From positions 14,864 through 78,863 of the forward strand of contig CALAGQ010000001.1 of the NCBI GenBank assembly GCA_937891765.1: a stretch of 64,000 nucleotides of DNA, written 5' to 3'. The position numbers and the translations under genes were made by a program. Under the pieces are notes generated by a model that was given only the letters and a program-made list of their open reading frames with translations, did no database searches and had not been told where the DNA came from. Source of the DNA: an uncultured Nitrospina sp. GTDB taxonomy: Bacteria > Nitrospinota > Nitrospinia > Nitrospinales > VA-1. How positions within the stretch are numbered: position 1 is the first letter of the stretch; every line of letters starts with the position of its first letter. Of this stretch, positions 17,356-28,100 are shown piece by piece.

Positions 17356-19179
17356 ATGGAAAGTACAAACGACAAGCCGGTCTTGATCTATGACGGGGAT
17401 TGTGGGTTTTGCCGTTTATCGGTAGCGCACTGGAGTCCTCTTACAGAAGACGCAGTGGTTTACCGATCTTCTCAGGAGGCAGGCGACAATTACCCGCAGA
17501 TTTCTCCCGAACATTTTGCATCCTCTGTCTATTTTGTCGATCCTGATGGGAGTTTTTGTTCAGGAGCCCAGGCCGTTTTCAAGACCCTGGCTTATGCCCC
17601 TAACGGGAAGTGGTTTCTCAGGGCTTATGAAAAGGTGCCGGGATTCGCCTCGGTTTCAGAATGGGGTTACAGGCAGGTTGCCGAAAAGCGAAATTTTTTC
17701 AGCACTCTCACTCGCTGGGTTTGGGGGAGCTGCATAGAGGCACCAACTTGGTTTCTGGCCCGGCGTGTGTTTCTCTTTCTACTCGGCCTGATTTATTTGC
17801 TGGCCTTTTTATCTCTTTGGACTCAAATCGAAGGACTGGTCGGACAAAAAGGCATTCTTCCGGTCGAGGCGTATTTAAAAAATGCGGCGACAGATTGGGG
17901 GACGGAACGTTTTTGGCAAACACCCACCTTGTTCTGGCTCCATGCAGGGGATGGGTTTTTGCAGGCAGTCTGCCTGCTTGGTGCGGGTGCTGGTTTGTTG
18001 GTCATGGTAAACCGCGCAGTGGGCTGGTCTCTACTGATCGCATGGGGATGTTACCTTTCGCTTTTCCATGTGGCGCAACCTTTTTTAGGGTTTCAATGGG
18101 ATACCCTGCTTCTTGAAACGGGGCTCCTGGTGCTCTTTCTGGTTCCCTGGGCTGGCGAGGCATCCCCGCCGTCACGGTTAATTCTTTTTCTCTTTCGGTT
18201 TTTGTTGTTCCGCGTCGTTTTTTCTTCCGGGCTGGTCAAGATAATCAGTCAGGATTCAACCTGGAACGATTTCACCGCACTCTATTACCATTATGAAACT
18301 CAGCCGCTTCCAACATGGATAGGTTGGTACGCGCACCAGTTGCCGCACGGGTTCCAGGAGTTTTCAGTCGCCTGTATTTTTGCCATTCAGCTTGGGGTGG
18401 TGTTTTTGATATTTGCTCCCCGGCGCGTTCGTTACCTGGGTTGTGCCATCCTAGTTTTTCATCAGGTTCTAATTTTCCTGACTGGCAATTATTGTTTCTT
18501 TAATATATTGACCCTGGCCTTATGCTTGCTTTTGCTGGATGACTCGGTTTATTCCAAGTGGCTTCCGGTGAAGGTTACGGGCCTGAACATTACAAAATCA
18601 GTTCCTGTCTGGAAGAAAAGAATTTTTACGGGAGTGGGGGCAGGGGCAGTGGCGATTTCCCTCATGCTCTATACGGTTCCCTTGCTTGTCACCTCCGGTA
18701 ATTACCCTACTATTTATACTTCCATTGCCAATGCAATACGTCCCATGCACCTGTTCAATTCTTATGGCCTGTTTGCAGTGATGACAACATCAAGGCCGGA
18801 AATCATTATTCTGGGAAGTGATGACCGCGAGAACTGGTTCCCTTATGAATTCAAATGGAAGCCGGGTGATGTGACGAAAAAGCCGGAATTTGTCGCCCCG
18901 CACCAGCCCCGGCTGGATTGGCAAATGTGGTTCGCCGCTCTCAGCAATTATGAGAGGAACCCCTGGTTGATCCAGTTCATGATCCGCCTTTTGCAGGGCT
19001 CGCCTTCTGTGACCACTTTGCTGGAGAAAAACCCTTTCCCAAATAATCCTCCAAAATACACGCAGGCGGTGGTCTACGATTACCGGTTTACGGACTCTGA
19101 AACCCGCAACCGGGATGGCTCCTGGTGGACTCGAAAACTTCTTCGCCCCTACACCCCCATATTGCAGTTGCCAGAATAA
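17356..19179 (+). CDS. DCC1-like thiol-disulfide oxidoreductase (DUF393) fused to a lipase-maturation-factor (LMF1) family membrane domain
   Basis: I chose the start at ATG 17356 (MESTNDKPVLIYDGDCGFC). The DCC motif is DGDCGFC. The polytopic remainder contains the LMF-like GFQWDTLLLETGLL block. The track start at 17197 adds 53 low-complexity residues. Confidence 0.7.
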   Translation: MESTNDKPVLIYDGDCGFCRLSVAHWSPLTEDAVVYRSSQEAGDNYPQISPEHFASSVYFVDPDGSFCSGAQAVFKTLAYAPNGKWFLRAYEKVPGFASVSEWGYRQVAEKRNFFSTLTRWVWGSCIEAPTWFLARRVFLFLLGLIYLLAFLSLWTQIEGLVGQKGILPVEAYLKNAATDWGTERFWQTPTLFWLHAGDGFLQAVCLLGAGAGLLVMVNRAVGWSLLIAWGCYLSLFHVAQPFLGFQWDTLLLETGLLVLFLVPWAGEASPPSRLILFLFRFLLFRVVFSSGLVKIISQDSTWNDFTALYYHYETQPLPTWIGWYAHQLPHGFQEFSVACIFAIQLGVVFLIFAPRRVRYLGCAILVFHQVLIFLTGNYCFFNILTLALCLLLLDDSVYSKWLPVKVTGLNITKSVPVWKKRIFTGVGAGAVAISLMLYTVPLLVTSGNYPTIYTSIANAIRPMHLFNSYGLFAVMTTSRPEIIILGSDDRENWFPYEFKWKPGDVTKKPEFVAPHQPRLDWQMWFAALSNYERNPWLIQFMIRLLQGSPSVTTLLEKNPFPNNPPKYTQAVVYDYRFTDSETRNRDGSWWTRKLLRPYTPILQLPE

Positions 19180-19237
19180 ACAGCATTTTTGGTCATTTTA
19201 AAATGACTCATTATCAGGCAGAGGCTATCTGCTTGGA

Positions 19238-19771
19238 TTGCTTGGGAAAAAGATGCGCCGCGGCACTGAAGTGATTGATACGGGGGGAAATCCGGAGGCG
19301 ATCATAAAGAAAGCCAAAGAGCTGAAACTCCAACCGGGAAAAATCCTTTTAACTCACGCCCACTTTGATCATGCTGGCGGATTAGAACTTCTGGATCAGG
19401 CTTATAACTGTCCCGCATGGATCGATGAAAAAGAACCTCGCCCCTCAGGCAGTCGTGATTTGAAGTTTTTGCAGGATGGCGAATCTATAAAACTGGGCAA
19501 TTTAAATATAGAAGTTCTGTTCACGCCGGGTCACACTTCCGGCGGAGTGTCTTATAAAATCCACGACTCGGTTTTTTCCGGTGATGCTATCTTCGCCGGT
19601 TCCATGGGACGCGCCAACTCTTCGTGGTCCGAATTGCACGACTCCATCACCCAAAGACTTTTGACCCTGCCAGACCACACACGCCTTTTCCCCGGCCATG
19701 GTCCCGCCACCACCGTTGGCGAAGAAAAACACCACAACCCCTTCTTCTCCACTCGGCGTGGGGCCAACTAG
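19238..19771 (+). CDS. MBL-fold hydrolase (glyoxalase II-like); N-terminus short or uncertain
   Basis: Motifs: THAHFDHAGG (HxHxDH), TPGHTSGG, SGD and PGHG. The only in-frame start is TTG 19238. The frame opens right after TAA 19199-19201, so the usual first beta-strands are missing. Confidence 0.65.
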   Translation: MLGKKMRRGTEVIDTGGNPEAIIKKAKELKLQPGKILLTHAHFDHAGGLELLDQAYNCPAWIDEKEPRPSGSRDLKFLQDGESIKLGNLNIEVLFTPGHTSGGVSYKIHDSVFSGDAIFAGSMGRANSSWSELHDSITQRLLTLPDHTRLFPGHGPATTVGEEKHHNPFFSTRRGAN

Positions 19772-20007
19772 CAATAGCTCTTTCTGCTGGCAACAGTTTG
19801 TCTCGGCTTAACGAGCCCTTTCTATTTGCTACCCTCGCCACTCGGCGTGGGGCCGATAAAAACACAGTCCATCAAACACCTGGATTGCTTCGTCGCCTTC
19901 GGCTTCTCGCAAAGACGACCATAGGATGCGGGTTTTTACTGAGTCCAGCGTCACGCTGGCGCCGAGTGGAGGCTTGCGATTCGGCGGGTTGGGGGTATAT
20001 TTCAGGT

Positions 20008-21540
20008 ATGGATCCTGAAAAAGTCAACTACCACTATTGTGACGATCTTTCCACTTCTCCCTGGCCTGAGGGAACACGGGTTCTTGTCACCGGGGCAACC
20101 GGGTATGTGGCGCATCGGTTGATTCCTGAACTGGTATCAAGAGGTTATATCGTCCGCTGTATGTACAGGAATAATAGTTGCCCATCGCTTTTGACGCATC
20201 CTCGCGTCGAACATGTTTATGCGGATTGTTTGAACCGAGAAGAACTGTTACCCACCTTGAAGGATGTTGACTACGCCTATTACCTGATTCACAGCATGAG
20301 GTCGAAGAAAGAAGAGTTCATAGAAAAAGATCAGATAGCCGCGAAAAACTTCCGGGACTCAGCGGAACATCATGGCGTGAAGCGGATTATTTATCTGGGT
20401 GGGTTGGGAGAAAAAAATGATCGCATGTCTCCGCATCTCAGAAGCCGGAGAGAGGTTGGCATTATATTGTCACAAGGTTCCATCCCGGCTATCCGGGTTC
20501 GGGCGGCCATTATCATTGGTGCCGGAAGCGCGTCTTATGAATTGATGAAGTCACTGGTCATGAACAACCGCTTCATTCCATTTTTACCGGAGTTCAATTC
20601 CTTGTGCCAGCCTGTCGCGATTCGAGATGTTATTAAGTATCTGGTGGGTGTGATGGAGACTCCAGATTTGGGTTCACGTGTTTTCCCGATCGGCGGTAAA
20701 GATGTGTTGCCCTACAAGGAATTGATTTTGCGCTTCGCCAAAATCTTGAATCGTCGCATTCGTTTTATTGATGTTTCATGGGTTCCTATACCCGTTGACT
20801 GGATGTGCCGAATTTATGCTTACTGGCTTCATTGCTTTATTTCTATCCCGGTAAATATTACTTCGCTTTTACTGAGCAGCCTTAAAACCGATGTGGTGTG
20901 CGGGAATGACGAAATCTCAACAATCCTTCCCTTTGAACCGCTGGACTTTGTGACAGCCGTGCAATGGGCTCAAGAGAAGGAAAAAAGTTCGAGGGTATTT
21001 TCGCATTGGAGTGATGTTCCGCCTGAAAATATGAGTGACCTTTTGCCCCTGTGCGAGTTTGAGTCATCCGAGTTCATTATTGAAGAGCATGAAATAGATA
21101 TTCCAGTTGCTCCTGAACATGTTTTCCCAGTAGTTTGCCAGATCGGCGGCAAGTATGGCTGGAACCATGCCAACATCCTTTGGGAAATTCGCGGTCTCAT
21201 TGACCGCCTCTTGGGGGGGGTGGGGTTGCAACGGGGCCGGCGCGATCCGACAGATCTTCGCGTTGGGGACTCGGTAGACTTCTGGAGAGTGGAAAGGCTG
21301 GAACCCAACCGCGAACTGCTGCTGAGGGCGGAAATGATCACTCCCGGCTTGTCCTGGCTCGAGTTCCAGCTCAACCCGGATCAGAACGGGGGAACCCGTT
21401 TGACGTTGAAGGCACATTTCATTCCCAAACCTTTTTGGGGGAATCTTTATTGGACGGTTTTATCAACCTTCCACGCCTATATTTTCAAGGGAATGCTGGA
21501 GTTTTTTAAGAAAAAAAGTCTGCAAACAACCGCGAATTAA
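20008..21540 (+). CDS. NAD(P)-binding atypical SDR domain fused to a DUF2867-like C-terminal domain
   Basis: I chose the start at ATG 20008 (MDPEKV...), followed shortly by VLVTGATGYVAHRL. The C-terminal third (GLSWLEFQL...LTLKAHF) recalls DUF2867. The track ORF start at 19624 overlaps the previous gene. Confidence 0.65.
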   Translation: MDPEKVNYHYCDDLSTSPWPEGTRVLVTGATGYVAHRLIPELVSRGYIVRCMYRNNSCPSLLTHPRVEHVYADCLNREELLPTLKDVDYAYYLIHSMRSKKEEFIEKDQIAAKNFRDSAEHHGVKRIIYLGGLGEKNDRMSPHLRSRREVGIILSQGSIPAIRVRAAIIIGAGSASYELMKSLVMNNRFIPFLPEFNSLCQPVAIRDVIKYLVGVMETPDLGSRVFPIGGKDVLPYKELILRFAKILNRRIRFIDVSWVPIPVDWMCRIYAYWLHCFISIPVNITSLLLSSLKTDVVCGNDEISTILPFEPLDFVTAVQWAQEKEKSSRVFSHWSDVPPENMSDLLPLCEFESSEFIIEEHEIDIPVAPEHVFPVVCQIGGKYGWNHANILWEIRGLIDRLLGGVGLQRGRRDPTDLRVGDSVDFWRVERLEPNRELLLRAEMITPGLSWLEFQLNPDQNGGTRLTLKAHFIPKPFWGNLYWTVLSTFHAYIFKGMLEFFKKKSLQTTAN

Positions 21541-21557
21541 AACAGGATAAAGACCTA

Positions 21558-22844
21558 ATGTTCATTAATGATGGCGATACAGTTTGTGTTGTGGGTGGAG
21601 GCCCCGGCGGGTCGGCCTGTGCCATGACGCTCTTAAAAGAGGCTCGGCGGTTTGGCAGAACGATAAATGTGGTGGTGCTGGAGCATAAAATTTTTTCCGA
21701 AGACCGTCACCATAACCAGTGCATCGGCGTGCTTTCTCCGCCTTTCGAAGATATTCTGAAAAATGAATTGGATCTGACTTTGCCGGAGAGCCTGGTGGTC
21801 AATGAGATTGCGGGCTATCGCCTGCATTCTGATTTGCTGAGTCTGGATTTGATCGGAGAAGAATATGGCCGGTCGGCTTCTGTGAGACGTTCCAGGTTTG
21901 ACGCCTTCATGCTCGAAGAGGCTAAGAAGGCAGGCGCTCAGGTGATTCATAACCGTGTGACAGCGATTGAAGTCAATCCTGATGAGGTGTTGATTTATAC
22001 GGATGGCGAAAACATCAAGAGCGCCATCGTGGTCGGGGCTTTTGGCCTGGATGATGGAACTTGCAGAGTCTTTGAGCAGGGCACTCCTTACCGGCAACCG
22101 GACTTTTTGAATACTGTGATCACGCGTCTTTATCCTGGTAAGGAATTCATGCAAAGCATGGACTGCACCATCCAGGCTTTTCTGCTTTCCCATCCGGGTT
22201 TGGAGTTTGGCGCGGTCACTCCCAAGGGCGATCATATTTCCATCAATATCGCGGGCCGTAAGGTGACATCAAATATTATGATGGAGTTTTTGCGCTCGGC
22301 TCCGGTGCAACGTTTTCTTCCGCCCCATCAAAGGCGCGAAAAACCGCTCAACTATTATAAGGGCAGGTTTCCCATCGCCCCGGCGCGAAACTTATTTGGC
22401 GACCGTTATGTCACGATCGGCGACTCTGCCGGACTCATGCGGCCTTTCAAAGGCAAGGGCATTAACTCGGCCATCAATACCGGCATTTATGCCGCCCGTT
22501 CCATCATGCAGCATGGCGTCTCTAAAAAAGCATTTGCTGAAAACTATTACCGGGACTGCCGGGTGTTGACCGAAGACCTTCCCTATGGACGCGCCGTACG
22601 GGTTTTGACCAATCTGGCGACACGGTTCAAGTTCATGGATCACATGATTGCGGTGGCCGCAGAAAGACCCGACTTCATGAAAGCCATGTTCAGCAGTGTT
22701 TCCGGTCATGACCCGTATAAAAAGATCATCATGGAAACGGCGAGCCTGTCATTATCGCTCACTTTCGCGCAAAAGATTTTGGGGCATTTTGTATTTCGTC
22801 AACAGGCCCATCTTCCTGTAAAAAGTGCCAGTCCGGCTGTGTGA
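21558..22844 (+). CDS. FAD-dependent oxidoreductase, geranylgeranyl-reductase family
   Basis: 428 aa. It has the dinucleotide motif VCVVGGGPGGSACA and a later GD motif (TIGDSAGLMRPFKGKGI). Confidence 0.75.
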   Translation: MFINDGDTVCVVGGGPGGSACAMTLLKEARRFGRTINVVVLEHKIFSEDRHHNQCIGVLSPPFEDILKNELDLTLPESLVVNEIAGYRLHSDLLSLDLIGEEYGRSASVRRSRFDAFMLEEAKKAGAQVIHNRVTAIEVNPDEVLIYTDGENIKSAIVVGAFGLDDGTCRVFEQGTPYRQPDFLNTVITRLYPGKEFMQSMDCTIQAFLLSHPGLEFGAVTPKGDHISINIAGRKVTSNIMMEFLRSAPVQRFLPPHQRREKPLNYYKGRFPIAPARNLFGDRYVTIGDSAGLMRPFKGKGINSAINTGIYAARSIMQHGVSKKAFAENYYRDCRVLTEDLPYGRAVRVLTNLATRFKFMDHMIAVAAERPDFMKAMFSSVSGHDPYKKIIMETASLSLSLTFAQKILGHFVFRQQAHLPVKSASPAV

Positions 22845-22897
22845 CATTGTTTCCCAAGAGTTCCTGTGATACGCTCCTTTTTTCTCAATGGAGCTTC

Positions 22898-24067
22898 ATG
22901 AAAAGACATCACGCAATAATTATATTCCTGATGGTTTTTGTCCTGCTCGGGTGCCCGCCGCCGCCCAAGGCCCGGAAAAAAATGCCGCGCATTTTTGCCC
23001 TGAGCTATTCCATGGAGGCGAGACGAGAACCTTCCTACCTCATTACTGATGATTTTAACCGCGACAAAGTTCCAGATTTGGTTGTGGCCAACAGCGGCGA
23101 TCATTCCTTTTCATTTTTTAAGGGAGTCGGTGACGGGACTTTCCTGGATCAGCGTGTTTTTCAGACCGGTAGAGATCCCATTTGTCTGGATTCGGGAGAT
23201 TACAATGATGACGGTTACACAGATGTCGCGGTGCTCAATTATGCCGACCAAACTATTGAAATATTTTTGAACACCCGACTGGGAAGCTTTCAGAAAACAG
23301 CCCAGCTTCTTAAGCCCGGCAAAATTCCCATCAACATGGCGTCCGGCGATTTTAATGGGGACGGAAAAATCGATCTGGTTGTCACCCTGCGTTTTTCAAA
23401 TGTGGCGATCATAATCGGAAAAGGCAATGGATTTTTTGACAAACCTTCTTCCATGGATGTTAAGGGTTCACCCACTGCAGTTGTGGTTGGCGATTACGAT
23501 AAGGATGGAAAAGCAGATGTCGCGGTGGCTTTGGCGGGTAACGGCAATAAAGGCGTTCAGGTTCTCTGGGGCAAAGGCGATGGAACATTTGAAGGTTCAA
23601 AAGCTTTTAAAGGCGGGAAGCAAGCGCTCTCTCTGGTCAGCTTGGATGTGAATAATGACGGGTTACTGGATTTTGTGACCTCCAGCAACTCTTTGCATTC
23701 CTTGACCACGCTTATAAATAATGGCGACAAAACCTTTAAGTCCTTAAAGGATTTTGCCTCGGGGAATTTCCCAAAATTTGTCGTGGCGGCCGATTTTACC
23801 GGCGATGGCTTGCAGGATATAGCCGTCTCCAATTCCACCGATGACATGATCAGTGTCTCTCTAGGCCGGGGAGACGGGACCTTCACCTATCCTCCTATCT
23901 ACCACCGGGTCGATGAACATCCGCAGGGCATGGCGGTGGCAGATTTTAATGGTGATGGTTTTCCGGACATTGCCGTCTCCAGCCGGGATAAAAATCTCAT
24001 CGACATCCTCAGTAAGAAAAACATGATCAACCCAAAACCCGACCTTCCAGAACCCAAATCCCCTTAA
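22898..24067 (+). CDS. FG-GAP/VCBS-repeat lipoprotein
   Basis: The start at ATG 22898 gives MKRHHAIIIFLMVFVLLGC (lipobox). About seven repeats of DFNxDGxxDL or GDYDKDGKADV type follow. Confidence 0.8.
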   Translation: MKRHHAIIIFLMVFVLLGCPPPPKARKKMPRIFALSYSMEARREPSYLITDDFNRDKVPDLVVANSGDHSFSFFKGVGDGTFLDQRVFQTGRDPICLDSGDYNDDGYTDVAVLNYADQTIEIFLNTRLGSFQKTAQLLKPGKIPINMASGDFNGDGKIDLVVTLRFSNVAIIIGKGNGFFDKPSSMDVKGSPTAVVVGDYDKDGKADVAVALAGNGNKGVQVLWGKGDGTFEGSKAFKGGKQALSLVSLDVNNDGLLDFVTSSNSLHSLTTLINNGDKTFKSLKDFASGNFPKFVVAADFTGDGLQDIAVSNSTDDMISVSLGRGDGTFTYPPIYHRVDEHPQGMAVADFNGDGFPDIAVSSRDKNLIDILSKKNMINPKPDLPEPKSP

Positions 24068-24701
24068 CCCCTGTGGTATCTTTTCGCTTTCCTTTACCCG
24101 TGCTGGGCATGAAATTTATGGTTGGAGATAGCAGGCATTCCCCGAAGGGGTAGATCCAGGGTTCTGGATTTATGCCTTTTTAAAAACGATGCTGATTGCT
24201 GAAAACTCTCTGACCAGATTCATTTGACGACATACAGATCTCGCAATTCATCTTCCGCAAAATCCAGCAACCTCACATAGTATCCCTTGTGGCATATTTC
24301 CTTGCGGGGATTTTTTGTGATGTTGGCTTTGATCCCGGTTTTTTCAAGGTTATTACTTTCGATTAGAAGCTTTCGTCGATTACTGTTCCCGTAGGCTTCT
24401 GTTTATGGAAACTCAAGTAAGGTAGATCTGTTTCGAATTCAGACCGAACCCACACACCTGAAATTCAAATCTCCTGTTGATTATGATCGAATAATTTTTG
24501 CATAAAAATAACGTACTTGTTGGCAGCTTCCAGAGCTGTGTCCATTTCCTCTATATTTTGAATCTGAACAAGCATGCTCATGAGCGAACTCCTTAATAAT
24601 CTGTTGACTCCTGAAATATATGTCGTGTATTCTGCTTCTTCTATTTGCCGGTGCGCAAGTTGAAATTTTAAATTTATTGCATTTCCCCATTAGGATTGAG
24701 A

Positions 24702-24995
24702 ATGAGCACAAGAAAAATGGCTACCACGTCATGGACTTTTTTGACGAATCATGCACATGTCTTGTTGTGCCTGGCCCAAAATCCATCTGAACGGATTCGA
24801 GATATAGCTGCGGAGGTTGGAATTACGGAACGCGCGGTTCAGCGTATTATCGTTGAGCTTGAAGCTGACAGGTATTTGGAGCACATTCGTGATGGGAGGA
24901 GGAATGTGTACAAGGTTCTTAGTCGCAAGCCTCTGCGGCATAGTGTTGAGAAGCATCGACAAGTACATGACCTGATTAAGCTAATTAAAAAATGA
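24702..24995 (+). CDS. winged-helix transcriptional regulator (MarR/ArsR-like HTH)
   Basis: 97 aa from ATG 24702 (AGGA 6 nt upstream). The HTH segment is IRDIAAEVGITERAVQRIIVELE, followed by a wing (GRRNVYKV). It lies 200 nt upstream of dabA on the same strand. Confidence 0.65.
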   Translation: MSTRKMATTSWTFLTNHAHVLLCLAQNPSERIRDIAAEVGITERAVQRIIVELEADRYLEHIRDGRRNVYKVLSRKPLRHSVEKHRQVHDLIKLIKK

Positions 24996-25196
24996 TTTGA
25001 ATCAGGTTGTAGTGCTGGTATATGACCATCCTCGATGAAGCTTGAAACAAACTTAACCAATTAATTAATCTTACAAAATAAGAGATACTTTTAATATGGA
25101 AAACAATGATTCGGATAATAAAAGCGAACTTAGCGAAGTGTTCTCATTTATGAGGAGTACGCTGAAGAACTCGATGCGATAGGTAAATCCTTCTAT

Positions 25197-28100
25197 ATGA
25201 ATACTATTTCAGTGAAGCCTCTTTCCCCAGAAGATCGTGATCGGATTCGGCAAATTGTATTGAACGCCAGTGAGCCAATTGCGCCGTTTTGGCCCATGCG
25301 GACTATGGTCGCGCAGAATCCCCTTCATGGATTGGAATATCTGCCGTTTGATCAGGCTGTTCGAAAAGGCAAGGACCTCCTTGGTGGAAATGGGTATCTT
25401 GCGAATGAGGAGTATCGTCAACTTTACCGAAATGGTCGTATTACCAAAGAAAGTTTTAAGCGAGCTTTTTCCAGGGTTGGGCCTCGCCCAGAGGGGCAGG
25501 TTCCTATTGAAGTTGGAAGTCGAAAGATTATCCCCAAAGATGTTTGGCAATTATACTTACTTTTTGGCTTCGAGGGATTGCCATTATCCCTCTTGGAATG
25601 GGAGTTGAGCGGTGGTGGAGCTATAAAACAGTTTCGGCAAGATCTCTCCGAGGAATCCCGAAAAAAAATTATTGAACAAACCATCAAAGAAGGTGAACAG
25701 TTTCGGGAAAATCCAGAAGAGGCCTACCTGATAAATTTATGGGAGAGTGTGTTAACCACCTTCGGGCTATCTGATTTTCATGCTTCATCTCAAATACCTG
25801 AGGATTCGCATTCGCAAACTTCTGCACCCATTTCCTTGTCGCCTCAACGGACCATTAGCGATTGGGTTGATGGTTTAACTGAGGGTGGGGTGGTCGACCA
25901 AATCAATAATCAACTCATCAAATGGGTGACGGCGTTTCTCGATGAAGGATTAGCCGGCTGGGAAATGCCTGGCCGAGAAGAAGGTTTCTACCATGTATGG
26001 CGGAACCTGGCGCAGAAAGATTTTTCGGGGCGGCTTCTCGGGATTACAGATTTCGCCCAAAAAGTTCATAGCCTTCCTGCAACTCCAGAGGAGACGATCC
26101 GTTCCAGCTTGTACCAACTCGAAATTCCTCAAGAACAATGGGAAAATTATCTCTCAAGGCAACTATCATTATTACCAGGCTGGACACGATACATACGGTG
26201 GCTCGGGGAACACCCAACATACCATGCGCAACAAAAACATCCCATTGACACCACACAATATCTGGCCGTCCGTTTATTTTATGAAGTGGAGTTGACCAAC
26301 ATTAAGTGCCATCAAGAATGGGGAATTGATGGGACCGTTTCTACCCTGACGGCATATTGGAATGATCGACCCGAAGAATACCACCAACAAATTGGGCATG
26401 GAGGTCAATCTGGGGATCCAACCAAACAGATGAAATGTCGACATGCTTGGCGATTATTCCACTTGGCACAGTTTCTTGAATTATCTCCAGGAGAAGTTCA
26501 TGATCTCTCGCTTACTGATGCCCAGATGTTGTTGCAATGGTTAGATCACTTTCCTGCTGATCAACATGGGCAGGTATGGATTGAGGCGTACGAAGATTCC
26601 TTTCGAGAGGAGATGCTAAGAAATATTTCAGCGCATCGCGGAACGGTACCAGAATTGGAAACTCATCCCCATGCACAACTAGTCTTTTGTATCGACGTAC
26701 GTTCTGAATCATTTCGTCGCCATATTGAAGCCCAGGGTTCCTATGAAACGTTTGGGTTTGCAGGGTTTTTTGGCATTCCCATTAGCCATCAAGCTTTTGA
26801 TAGTGATCAACGTGGCGATTTATGTCCGGTGTTATTGACTCCTAACCATGCGGTGACGGAAACACCTCGGTCGGGAGAAGGAGCGGCCTTAGAAAAATAT
26901 TTTTCTGGTACTCGCTGGCACCAACTGGGGCACCATCTTTTTCACGATCTGAAGCATCATCCTATTGGGTCGATGATGATGATTGATGTATTGGGGTTCT
27001 TTTTTAGTCTGGGGTTGGTGGGCAAAACCTTGTTCCAAAAAATATTTCGTGCAATGACCTCTACTATCCAGAGTGGGTTGACACATAGGGTTCCAACCCA
27101 GATTTCAATTTCGACGCCGCCTGATCCTCAAAATCCCAAAATCGGAGAAGTGAATGCAGAAGGGATTCCTGACGGGCTTGCTCAAGGATTTTCTCTTTCT
27201 GAGCGGGCGACATTTATTGAAAATAGTTTGCGTACTATGGGGCTCACCAAAAATTTTGCGCGGTTGGTGTGCCTCTGTGGCCATGGAAGTGAGACGGACA
27301 ACAATCCCTATTATGGGGCGTTAGATTGCGGGGCTTGCGGGGGAGCGCCGGGAGATGCAAATGCGCGAGTTTTTGCCACGATGGCCAATGAACCTGAAGT
27401 TCGTCGCATTCTCAAGGAAAAAGGATTGCCGATTCCTGATGACACCTGGTTTCTTCCGGGGAAACATAACACGACGACTGATCGGGTCGAGTTTTATGAT
27501 CTAGAGGAATTGCCTGATTCGCACAAAAAAGATTTGCAGGCGTTGAACAAGGGCCTTGAAGAAGCTGGTGCGAAGCAGGCTCTTGAGCGATGCCATCGTA
27601 TTCCCAGTGCTCCGACTGAAATTTCTCCAGAGCAGGCTTTTGTTCATGTAGATGAACGCAGTTGCGATTGGGCGAGTACTCGACCGGAATGGGGATTAGC
27701 GGGCAATGGAGCGTTTCTCATTGGAAGACGAAAACTAAGCAAAGGATTAGATTTAGGCGGTCGGTCTTTTTTGCATTCTTATGATCCTGTTGATGATCCC
27801 CAGGGAGCCATCCTCGAAAAAATCATGACGGCGCCATTAATTGTCGGCGAGTGGATTAGCACAGGCTATTATTTTTCTGCGGTTGATCCGTGGGCGTATG
27901 GAAGTGGAAGTAAGGTGTTACACAATGTCGTTGGAGGAGTTGGGATGATGCTCGGGACCCAAAGTGATCTGCAAATGGGATTCCCCCTGCAGACGATCAA
28001 TAACGGGGACACTCACTATCATGAGCCCATGAGACTCTTAGCTATCATCGAACAGACGCCAAGTGTAATCTCATCTATCATTCAAAAACACTCGATTCTT

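Noticed and set aside
19624-20007. The 128-aa N-terminal extension of the track ORF 19624-21540.
   Set aside because: It overlaps the 3' end of the MBL gene in another frame and is low-complexity and Arg-rich. The Rossmann motif follows directly after ATG 20008.
24235-24400. A minus-strand reading frame ending ...NPRKEICHKGYYVRLLDFAEDELRDLYVVK*, which looks protein-like.
   Set aside because: The frame opens right after a TAA and contains no ATG, GTG or TTG start. At best it is a gene remnant, and I recognise no family.
24481-24711. The track ORF of 76 aa on the minus strand between the FG-GAP gene and the wHTH gene.
   Set aside because: It has poor composition and no Shine-Dalgarno. It also overlaps the better-supported 38-aa sORF frame and the wHTH start region.
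25096-25182. A 28-aa ORF (MENNDSDNKSELSEVFSFMRSTLKNSMR) just upstream of dabA, considered as a possible leader peptide.
   Set aside because: I see no Shine-Dalgarno, no conservation evidence and no attenuator structure.
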